A stretch of DNA of 64,000 bases. Source: Octopus bimaculoides (taxonomy: Eukaryota). Both the position numbers and the translations under genes were made by a program. Every line of letters begins with the position of its first letter. Within the stretch, counting starts at the first letter, position 1. The DNA lies in contig NC_068982.1 of NCBI RefSeq assembly GCF_001194135.2, positions 155,845,501 to 155,909,500 of the forward strand. The letters run 5' to 3'. Shown piece after piece: positions 24,906 to 35,320 of this stretch. The notes beneath the pieces were generated by a model. It made no database searches and had not been told where the DNA came from. It saw only the letters and a list, made by a program, of their open reading frames with translations.

Positions 24906-25180
24906 ACTTATTCCTTGATGCATGATATTGTGTTTCATATCCGCATGTCAGTGTAACCCATGCTGCAAATGCATGAAGATTTTAAACATGTATACTTTAA
25001 CCTGTGTAGCTTTCATCTTTCTTGCCTGCGAGATTTTGGCAAGTCTCATATAGACATGTGTATCTTACATAAGGAAATTGATTGGAAAAATAGATGAACT
25101 AACACACGACTCATACACACACACACATAAGAGTTGCACATTCTCGCACATACATACTGTACAGTGTTTATCGTTATGGA

Positions 25181-25182
<2 letters not shown>

Positions 25183-25238
<56 letters not shown>

Positions 25239-25267
25239 CCTACCTACCTACCTACCTACCTACCTAC

Positions 25268-25342
<75 letters not shown>
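25183..25342. repeat. (TCTA)n-(CCTA)n-(TCTA)n compound microsatellite
   Basis: Directly visible. Confidence 0.95.
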
Positions 25343-25343
<1 letters not shown>

Positions 25344-25694
25344 ATATGTGTGTGCTTATGTATGTATACGTATATATGTATAGAAACATACGTGTATATG
25401 TATAGAAACATATAAGAAAAAAGCTAAGATATAGAAAACAAATTATAGTATATTACATAATATATATTGTATATGACACAAAATATATGTTAATCAATGC
25501 ACAAATACACATACATAAAAATACACACACACACGCACACACACGCACAAGCACATACACATATGTATATATACATAAACTATATATCCGTATATATACA
25601 TATACAAACATGTGTGAATAAATATATAATGTATAATATAAACTTATGATATATACATACATGCATGCACACAAACACACACAGACCCCCCTCC

Positions 25695-25808
<114 letters not shown>

Positions 25809-25942
25809 GTATGTGTGTATAATATAAACTTACTAGCATGTCTTCCTTTTAGTGGATATATTTAGCCCCGCACGTTTTCAAGTAAATCCATTTTTTGAGT
25901 CGTTACTGTGGTAAACCACATACTTTTCTCTTTGTGAATGGA

Positions 25943-25981
25943 CCTCACTAGTTTCGGAATTTATTACAATTTCATCAGAGA
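25943..25981 (-). ncRNA. degenerate minimal hammerhead ribozyme motif, second type (ACTAGT palindromic stem III)
   Basis: Minus strand TCT-CTGATGA-AATTGTAATAAATTCC-GAAAC-TAGT-G-AGG. Core is intact; the base of stem II is unpaired and N17 is G. Confidence 0.4.
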
Positions 25982-26344
25982 ACGGTTCCTCACCTTCCTC
26001 ACCACAGGGATAACAGTAGCTTATACCTATTTAAAGTTTAGGATAATTCGGATTAGACTAAATTTGACTGACCTAATTTGCTTAAAGGATCAATATTATA
26101 AATTTTTCATTTTACAAAATGCCTATTTTATATCAACTGTAAATTTTCATTCCAGAATATTATCAGAAATATTAATAATTACATTTATAATAGACATATT
26201 GCTAAGGCAAAATATATAATTGAATACAAACCCAAGTGATATGTTAAAATGAAAACATGACTACATATCAACGAAAATAATTTATTAAATGTTAAATAAA
26301 ATATTTTATCATACATTGTATAAAACGTTAGTTGCTTATTTCTG

Positions 26345-26895
26345 TATGTGAAATAATTTTTTCTGCAATAGGCACAAGACATGAAATTTTTGGGAAGGTG
26401 GAGAGTCAATTACATCAACCTCAATGCACAACCGGTGCTTATGTTGGCTTGGCTTTCCGTCGATTACGACGACGAGTGTTCCACTAGATTCGATCAACGG
26501 AATAGCGTGCTCGTGAAATTCACATGAAAATGGTTAAGCACCGTTATCATACTTCAAGAGAGATTCAGTATTACACAGTGTGTGTCAAGGCTGGTTCTTT
26601 TGAATAACAGATACAATACACTTTTGCCAGCTGAGTGAACTGAAGCAACGTGAAATAAAGTATATTGCTCAAGTACACAACGCACCGACGGGAATCGAAC
26701 TCATGACCTTATGATCATGGGCCGAATACCCAAACCACTAAACCAAGCACCTTCACTTATTCTGTCAAGCTCCTCAAAATAGTATGGAAGGCTAAGTAGA
26801 CCTCAGTGTAGGTTGGACTCAGAGCGTAAACCAGGAAGAAATGTCACTACGCAATGTGTTCGGCGTGTTAACGTTTCTGACAGCTTGCTGCTTTT
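26345..26895 (-). mobile_element. SINE family B split in two by a nested family-F SINE
   Basis: B 3' part at 26345-26440 and B 5' part at 26755-26895; CTTAT is repeated at both junctions. Confidence 0.6.
26441..26754 (-). mobile_element. tRNA-derived SINE family F (CORE-like centre, family-E-like tail)
   Basis: Minus strand TGAGCAATATACTTTATTTCACGTTGCTTCAGTTCACTCAGCTGGCAAAA (CORE-like), then a tail similar to E (GCACGCTATTCCGTTGATCGAATC...CGTCGTAATCGACGG). Confidence 0.75.
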
Positions 26896-26944
26896 TATTT
26901 GCCGGATAATCATATATTTATAACATCTAAATATACTCCAAGTT

Positions 26945-27230
26945 TTGAGTTAGCCCATAAATAATGCGGTTTTTTAAATACTTTTATTTGTCAAAATTAA
27001 GATAAATAATGTTCTTTTTAAATCTAAAATATACTCTCCTTCATTTTCTACAATGCTCTTCCATCTATCTGGTAGACTTGCAAGACCCCTCTTCCAAAAT
27101 TCACTTGTCCGTGACGAAAACTACTTCTCCAATATCGATTTATCTGGTAGACTTGCAAGACTCCTCTTCCAAAATTCACTTGTCTGTGACGAAAACTACT
27201 CCTCCAGTACTGGTCTGAATATACATGTAT

Positions 27231-27274
<44 letters not shown>

Positions 27275-27767
27275 CGTGTGAGTGTGATCGCGTGGGGGGT
27301 ATGTGTGTATGTGTGAAGGCGCATAGCTTTATGGTTAAGGTGTTGGGATCACGTTCATAAGTTCGTGGATACAATTCCTAGATCAGTACGCGCATTGTGT
27401 CATTACTTCTCTGCTAGTTCCTCAACAGCTACGATGAAATTTTTTTCGTTCCACCAGGGTTTGCAGGACGTCCTTGTCGAACTCTACAGATCTCCCAGAA
27501 CGAGGCTCGTCTTCTAGGCTGTAGTTTGTTGCCTTTATTGAACTCATAAAGCAAAATATGCCGAATCACTATGTCACTTCCATTATAGCTTTGAAAAAAT
27601 AACTGTTAAAATCGAACTGCATTCTTCAAAACTTGCACTAAGAACAAGGACAAAGTAGAATCACTACTTGCTTTTATAGCAAGTTGATGCAGGCAGTTTA
27701 TCTCGTCCCCCTCCGACTTTCAGTTCATGCAATTGAGAAAAACCGCATTATTTATGGGATGACCCAA
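26945..27767 (-). mobile_element. mariner (DD34D) internal-deletion derivative with both TIRs
   Basis: About 30-bp TIRs, TTGAGTTAGCCCATAAATAATGCGGTTTTT (26945) and the reverse complement of TTGGGTCATCCCATAAATAATGCGGTTTTT (ends 27767, then TA). N-terminal IRHILLYEFNKG and LEDEPRSGRSVEFDKDVLQTLVE; C-terminal EFWKRGLASLPDRWKSIVENEGEYILD. Confidence 0.85.
27314..27400 (+). mobile_element. SINE E/F-type tRNA head fragment inside the mariner
   Basis: GAAGGCGCATAGCTTTATGGTTAAGGTGTTGGGATCACG.TCATAAGTTCGTGGATACAATTCC. Confidence 0.55.
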
Positions 27768-28635
27768 TATATTTTATCTTCGCGCAAAATGATAACACTT
27801 GGGAGTATACCGGAAACATTTGTGAGTTACACTAAGGTAACAACAATCTAATCCGGATTACGAAACTTATTGGTAAATGCTCGAACAGAATTGTAGTGAA
27901 TATCTGCTATTTATTGCTAGTGATAAATATATATATATATTGTATTTCATTTAACTGTTATAAACATTGAATAAAGTTCTGCATGCTGAAATATTATATA
28001 CATACGCAAACTCACACGCACGCATACATACACACATATACACACATATATAGATCTATAATGTATATATGCATACACGCACACACACACACACATACAC
28101 ATTTACTTACCTGCATACGCACACACATACACACATGCGCGCGCACACACACACACACACGCACACACTCATACACATATACATGATGCCTGTCTACTGG
28201 AGACCCAGGAAGACCATCAATGACTATTACCCATGCAAAATGTTAGCAATACCTGTGCATGAGATTATTACATCCGTGGTCGGCTTCATTCGGGTTCGGC
28301 CCGTGGCTTCCGTGCTCGCAGAGGCGTCTTTTTTCTCGATTGTACATTGGAGAATTGCCTCACCGGCGATCTCGAAACCTAGACTTTTAGGTCCAATAAA
28401 GCTTGCACGACACTTCATACACCCACTCCACCCTATTGAGATGAACCGGAGACAAGCAAGGGCAAGATATCCAGTGCCAATACGGGTAGCAGTCTCAGGA
28501 GTGTCGGAACGTTATGATCTCAAGCACAAACAAAAGATCCACAGAATGTCTAATGTCATTCCGTGCATATCTGGTTTTGTATCAGAATGGCTTTCTCCAA
28601 GAGACATACTTTAACGAAAGCTAAGGGGTGCATAC

Positions 28636-28689
<54 letters not shown>

Positions 28690-28699
28690 ACACACACAA

Positions 28700-28748
<49 letters not shown>

Positions 28749-28924
28749 CACACACACATTCATACATACATACTCATATACATACATGCATGCATACATA
28801 CATGCATGCATACATACATGCATGCATACATACATGCATGCATACATACATGCATGCATACATACATGCATGCATACATACATACATACGTACATGCCAA
28901 AATGTAACCACATGTAAATCGTTG

Positions 28925-29100
28925 GCGATTTTCTTCCTCCGTCTTCCTTTTCTATTGGACTTTCCTCTGTTTCTGAAGAAGAACTTTTCTCGAAACGTTA
29001 AACCATCTTTCTTTCCTTCCCTGAGCGTCTGCTAATACTTTTTACAAGTACCACGTCCTCGCGCTGTTGTTTTTTTTGTGTTCGTTCTTCGTTTTTTTGG
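28925..29100 (+). mobile_element. hammerhead-bearing non-coding repeat (family D)
   Basis: Pyrimidine-rich leader, hammerhead, then TTCCCTGAGCGTC..CTAATAC as in the 7140 copy. Confidence 0.55.
28969..29003 (+). ncRNA. minimal type-I hammerhead ribozyme motif, core intact
   Basis: GTTT-CTGAAGA-A-GAAC(TTTT)CTC-GAAAC-GTT-AAAC. Stem I is GUUU/AAAC; CUGANGA and GAAA are intact; palindromic AACGUU stem III; GUU cleavage triplet (cut after 28999); stem II is weak. Confidence 0.6.
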
Positions 29101-29664
29101 GGGATTTACTACTCATATACATACATACATACATACACACACACATGAACACACACACATGAACACACACACACACATGAACNNNNNNNNNNNNNNNNNN
29201 NNNNNNNNNNNNNNNNNNNNNNNNNNNNNNNNNNNNNNNNNNNNNNNNNNNNNNNNNNNNNNNNNNNNNNNNNNNNNNNNNNNNNNNNNNNNNNNNNNNN
29301 NNNNNNNNNNNNNNNNNNNNNNNNNNNNNNNNNNNNNNNNNNNNNNNNNNNNNNNNNNNNNNNNNNNNNNNNNNNNNNNNNNNNNNNNNNNNNNNNNNNN
29401 NNNNNNNNNNNNNNNNNNNNNNNNNNNNNNNNNNNNNNNNNNNNNNNNNNNNNNNNNNNNNNNNNNNNNNNNNNNNNNNNNNNNNNNNNNNNNNNNNNNN
29501 NNNNNNNNNNNNNNNNNNNNNNNNNNNNNNNNNNNNNNNNNNNNNNNNNNNNNNNNNNNNNNNNNNNNNNNNNNNNNNNNNNNNNNNNNNNNNNNNNNNN
29601 NNNNNNNNNNNNNNNNNNNNNNNNNNNNNNNNNNNNNNNNNNNNNNNNNNNNNNNNNNNNNNNN

Positions 29665-29746
<82 letters not shown>

Positions 29747-31321
29747 CGCACATACATACATGCGCACACATCATATCATGCTTAGACAGACACAAGCTTT
29801 AGATACAAATTATTACAATGATACTTATTTATCAGAAGCAACAATTAAAATAAAGTATATATACAATGATACATACATTTTTAATTTACATATGTGCATA
29901 AAAAAAGCATATATATCTATAAAAAATTAAATAGAGCAATTTTTGTAAGGAAATACGGAAAGATATAAGCAGCTTCAATGTTTTATTGGGGTTTCCGTTA
30001 TCAATGTTAATAAGATGATATGCGAAGTTGACTCCAGCGGAGTTCGAAATCAGAATCGAAAGGGACCTAAGAAAATATTGCCAGACATATTGTCCATAAT
30101 TCTGTCATTCCACCACGCTAAACTAATAACAAAGTATTTCTTTCTTTATTCTGTACTAATGAATATTTCCTCTTTTGTTCCTTATTAATTAATACAATTG
30201 TTAATCTGGAAAAATAAAACAAACAAAAACAATATACCCCATCGTGAAAAATAAAAGAAAATGTTTTAGATTGAGGCGTATTGTTATTGATTTTAGTATT
30301 ACCAAATGGAATAATTAAGTAACAGCCTTGGGATGATCAGATTAGAAAGGTGGGTGTGTTTAGGGTCTCAGAATACAGCAAACCAATGGCACTTTGGAGT
30401 ATCCATGAAACCTGTCTCAACTGGACTGTGGCACGTTAGCATTGGTCAACGTTTCTCTTCAGTCGTTGTCGCGATATATCTCATGATCTAAAACGAAGTG
30501 GGCAGTCATACTAAATGTCTTAAAGTAAAGTGTTATAAGTTAATTTTGAATGGCTTTAGGGCTGCGTCTTCAAAGAGATTGTACATAGTTATGAAATATC
30601 GACTGGTATAGTTCTTTGATATGTTGTGTCTTCCCGGCAGCTTGATTTTATACTAGAGCTGCGCTGCACTTAACCTTTTCTTGCATAAACACTTCGTTTG
30701 GCTATTGGCCAAAAGATGGTAGATAGACATACACAGAACGGGATTAATGCGCGGCTAGATATCACGCTACACATATACACACTGCACATGCGCACACGCA
30801 GTTGCGCGCATACATCCACTCGCACACATGCATGCATGCAGTTAAAGCTAGATAGATTGTTAGATAGATATAAGGGTTGTTCTATTGAAAACTAGAATAG
30901 AACACAAGCAACATAGAAACAGTAGCGAGTGAAAAAGAGAAGGAAAGTAAATAGCACTTTACTCTGTGTGTGTATGTATGTATGTATGTATGTATGTATG
31001 TATGTATGTATGTATGTATGTATGTATGAATTATGCATGAGAGCGTATAAGTTTATGTGTGCACGTATGAGTGAATGTATAACTGTGTACGTGGTGTGTT
31101 TATTTGTTTATAAACAAAAATGGATATAACTTCCAATGCACACATCCATGTATATTTTATATATGGCAATTCTCTGAGTTTCAGAGAAATATTGATTACA
31201 AAAGATCAGAAAACACACACACACACATACACCTGCACATACACACATGCACATACACACACATGCACATACAAGCACATGTAAATAGTTACACAAACGA
31301 TAGATAAACAGATTCCTCCTG

Positions 31322-31379
<58 letters not shown>

Positions 31380-31477
31380 AATATATCTATCTATCTTCAT
31401 ACCAGTATAATCATATTGATATTCATTCTGCCAAGGGTACTTTGCGTTTAAATGTTTGGATGCATATTCTATTTTAG

Positions 31478-31479
<2 letters not shown>

Positions 31480-31533
<54 letters not shown>
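31480..31533. repeat. (TAA)n microsatellite directly 5' of an R4/Dong fragment
   Basis: Directly visible. Confidence 0.95.
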
Positions 31534-31534
<1 letters not shown>

Positions 31535-31740
31535 TGAGCTGCAGAACTTAGATAGAAGGACCAGAAAACTGCTAACAATGCACAACGCACTCCATCATAA
31601 AAGTAATACCGAGCGACTCTATCTATCAAAAAGGCAAATTGGTAGAGGATTACTAAACGCAGAAGACACTGTTGGTACTGCAATACTGGGACTGAAAAAT
31701 TATGTTCTGCAGGGTAAAGAAAGAATACTTTCAGCAGCTT
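31534..31740 (+). mobile_element. R4/Dong fragment (post-RT region)
   Basis: ELQNLDRRTRKLLTMHNALHHKSNTERLYLSKRQIGRGLLNAED matches the R4 LDRKTRK.LT....HPK.D..RLY..R..GGRGL motif. Confidence 0.8.
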
Positions 31741-31744
31741 TCTT

Positions 31745-31880
31745 CGTATGTTTACGATATTTTGTTCGTGAAAAAGGACTGAAGTTCCGAAACACCAAGG
31801 CACTCAATCTTTCTTTTAAGCGTAAAACTAACACCTTATTTCCGTATTTCGTTAATTCCAGATTGTTCTTTCTATATTGA
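31745..31880 (+). mobile_element. family D repeat, heavily decayed hammerhead
   Basis: GTGAAAA-A-GGAC(TGAA)GTTCC-GAAAC-ACC-AAG, then TTTTAAGCGTAAAACTAACACC. Confidence 0.4.
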
Positions 31881-31975
31881 TTTCAACTGCTTTTATTAAA
31901 CCTTATGCACGTATACGCTTAAACATTTCTTCTTGTTCTTGATCATGTGGTCAACTTCGTTGGCATCGTCATCGT

Positions 31976-32058
31976 TCTTCTTCTTCTTCTTCTTCTTCTT
32001 CTTCTTCTTCTTCTTCTTCTTCTTCTTCTTCTTCTTCTTCTTCTTCTTCTTCTTCTTC
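31976..32058. repeat. (CTT)n microsatellite
   Basis: Directly visible. Confidence 0.95.
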
Positions 32059-32549
32059 TGTTTGGTGGCTTAGAGAGAAGGAAAATTGCAGATCCTCGCG
32101 CCTTCCGAGGAGTCTCCAAGATTGTTAGCAGCGAGCTGGGCTTTAGAAGAAGGGGTTATGATATATTGCATGCAGCGGTAGAAAACTGTGAATCATGATA
32201 TCAAAATAGTCTCAATGTGAAAAGATGATTCAAATACTTGCTATAGATTGGACTCTGCTAAAGGTACCCATAAAATTCTGATGGTGGTGTTAAACGACGG
32301 ACACGATGAGATCAGAAATATGCAGAAGAGGATTAATTGCAATGTATAACCACATGCTATTTAGATTAGCATGTTAATTAAAGGTATCAATCCTAAAGCT
32401 AAAAACGTAGAGCTATTGAGAATCCTTGGAACATTCTTCTGATAAAGACAGGGTTCTTTTTTTGCAATCCCTTTCTGTTTGGATCTGTAAAAATTGTTTT
32501 GTATTTACTTGTTTTGTATCTACTTGTTTTTAGTTTTACCTTAGTAATG

Positions 32550-32942
32550 GTTTCAAATTTTGGCACAGAGCCGGCAGTGTTTGAGGGGAGTACTTAACTG
32601 GTTCTTATTTATTGACCCCGAAAAAAATTAAAGGCAAAGTCGGCCTCGGCGGAGTTTGAGACGGACGAAGTACCGCTAAGCATCGTCTATTCTGCTAGTT
32701 CGCTGCTTTTAGTGTTAACTTATTAATGATTTCAAATTTTGGTACAAAGCCAGCACGTTTGGGTAAAGGAATAAGTGGATTACATCAACACCAGTATTCA
32801 ACTGCTACTTATTTTATCAACCCCGAAAGAATGAAAGGCAAAGTCAGCCTCGGAGGAATTTAAACTCAGAATGTAAAGGAGGACGACCTGCCGCTAAGTA
32901 TTTGTCCGCCATGCTTACGATTCTGCCAGCTTACCCCCTTTA
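32550..32942 (-). mobile_element. two head-to-tail SINE-B copies (about 32550-32712 and 32735-32942)
   Basis: Both carry TTTCAAATTTTGG.ACA.AGCC and AAAGGCAAAGTC.GCCTCGG.GGA. Confidence 0.8.
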
Positions 32943-33140
32943 GTGTCACTTTTTTAGTGGGGAAGGTTTATGGAATTTACGAGTAGGAAACACTGATAAA
33001 GAACTTCTCTGATTCTTGCTACTTAGTCTTCATACGTACCGTGTAATTGGTGTAGATAATTGTAGCCAAGTCATTGTCATGTACCGTGCTTGGTAAATGT
33101 TTATACCACTTTTTACCAGTTTCCACATCGATGCGTTGGC

Positions 33141-33258
33141 ATATTGGCCACTGAAACAGATGGGCATTAGTCCCATATATCTTGGCCACTGAAGATATTG
33201 GCCACTGAATATTGGCCACTGCATATTGGCCACTGAAATAGATGGGCATTAGTCCCAT
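33141..33258. repeat. nested tandem repeat: five TTGGCCACTG subunits inside a duplicated ~36-bp unit with an ATGGG/CCCAT hairpin
   Basis: TTGGCCACTG at 33144, 33182, 33198, 33212 and 33226; GATGGGCATTAGTCCCAT occurs twice. Confidence 0.9.
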
Positions 33259-34154
33259 GCATCTAAAAATAGGTCTTTCTGTTTCTCATTTTAGTCCCAG
33301 TTTCCGAGCCTAATTTCCTTCCTTTCTGTCGTATTTTGTGAGATATTGATCAAGGAGAAATTCCAGCCATGTTTCGTGGTTCGCTACCTCAACAGTTCCT
33401 TTATAGGATTCAGTGACTAAGGACATCATCAGGAGGAACCACGTCCGGTTTCGGGCCCTACTTCTCTACCGTTTTCGACGTGCCCCCCCCCACTTCTGGA
33501 GGTGTCTTTAGCTCTGGTGCTGAGTACGGTTTTTCTTTTTCCTTTGGCCTTTTGTTCTTTGGTTTCTTCGATGTAGCATCAATGAAAGTTAGCGGGCGAA
33601 TGACCACCATGCCAAATTTCTCTTTAAATACCAGTGGTCTTCAGCATCCAGCGCTAGCTAACTGTCACACGACACAATCTAGGCTTCATCTGACTAATGG
33701 AGGGGAGAGTGCATAGTTTTGGCCCGTGCCCTCACTAGACCTACCTTCCAACAGAGTCATATTAGTTTGAGCTCCAGCAGCCAGAGCCGACTAGTTATCT
33801 TGTGGTACAAGCCTTCGAACTATCGGGGAGGAGGGCGCACAATGAACGAGATGATTCCCTCGGCCCAGTTGTCAAGCAGCAACGTTGTGCCAGACAGCCT
33901 CACCTAGACACACTATTTCCCAGTCGGCATGTTATTGCTTTCGAGCCATTTCGGGTCTCATTACTACAAAATACCTTGCAGCATTTAGTTACGCCTCTTT
34001 ACGTTTCGAGTTGAAATCCTTCTCATCTCAATTTTGCTTTACATTTTCTCAAAGTCGGTAAAATAATGTACCACTAAAACGATTGCTATAATTGACTAAC
34101 CCCTCCCTCTAAATACTTGGCCTCGTGTAATTTTTATTATGATTACTCTAAATA

Positions 34155-34570
34155 AGGTGGCAAGTTGGCAAAATCATTAGCATGCCGGTATTTCGTCTGC
34201 CGCTACGTTCTGAGTTCAAATTCCACCGAGGTCGACTTTGCCTTTCATCCTTTCGGGGTCGATAAATTAAGTACCAGTTATGCACTGGGGTCGATGTAAT
34301 CGACTTAATCTCTTTGTCTGTCCTTGTTTGTCCCCTCTATGTTTAGCCCCTTGTGGACAATAAAGAAATAAGAATCATTAGCATGCCGGACAAAATGCTT
34401 AGCAGCATATTGTCTGTCTTTATATTATGTTCAAATACTACCGAGGTCGACTTAGCCTTTTACCCTTTTGAGGTTGATAAAATAAGTACTAGATGAGCAC
34501 TGGAGTCGATGTCATTGACTTAACCCTTCCCCCGAAATTGCTGGCCTTGTGCTAAATTTTGAAACCATTA
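34155..34570 (+). mobile_element. old SINE-B with a young 5'-truncated SINE-B (34189-34372) inserted, 17-bp TSD
   Basis: AATCATTAGCATGCCGG at 34172-34188 and 34373-34389. Confidence 0.88.
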
Positions 34571-35074
34571 TTATTACTCTAAATGAGTATTGTTATTACT
34601 TTTTTGTTCTCTCTATTTTTACTTTGGGATTATATTTTTCGTCTTTCTAAAGCCTTATCGCTCGTTTTGTCCTTATATAAATTCTTTTCATCGGTGTAGT
34701 CACTTTTTACTTTCTATTTCATTGTTTCTTTATATATAGAAAAAGGTTACTTTTGTTTAGTTTTCTTCCTATCCCCTAATTGCACAAATCAGTTTCCCTT
34801 TAATGCATTTTAAGTATTTACCTAGTCCCACTGTTGTTACTTTGTAGTAATTTTCTCTTTGTATCAAGTACCGTCTCCACTGAGTGCAGGGTAAGTATAC
34901 TCTATCTATATGAGCCTTAGGAAAGTGGTTTAGGAATGCTGCTAGTTGTTTGCTAGTTTTTCTGTTTTATCTCTTCAATTCACTTAACTTCCAATTTATG
35001 TTTAATCTGCAGTTTTTATTTTATTTTACACTGGGACGGTTACTGTATTTTATACCTATTATTTATAGCATTCA

Positions 35075-35320
35075 CTTCACTAATAGCCTGTCTCTCCTGG
35101 AGTACACTTTTCTAATTTTCTCTTATATTTCTGTATGTTGTGTCTTATCAGTTCATCTACGCCTACATATTTGTAAGGGTGGATCCGTTCTAATTGTCTG
35201 ATTTCAATGTCTGCGACTAATTTAATGTTCTCAGTTTTAGTTAATTTGCCTCTTATAGTAGCTTTGGCACATTTGTCTAGTCCCTTACTCATTTTTATAT
35301 TCTGGCTGAAATATTTTTTA
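35075..35320 (-). mobile_element. R4/Dong RT fragment (domains 6-7)
   Basis: IKMSKGLDKCAKATIRGKL...HPYKYVGVDE (consensus DIGMEFGLDKCA...YKYLGV); a decayed TAA/ATT array lies 5' of it at 35320-35405. Confidence 0.65.

Noticed and set aside
27066-27206. Direct repeats that might suggest CRISPR or a repeat protein
   Set aside because: Only two adjacent 75-bp units, and they are mariner C-terminal coding sequence on the minus strand.
30445-30470. Minus-strand CTGAAGAGAAACGTT
   Set aside because: Both core words are present but stem II is absent and stem I does not pair.
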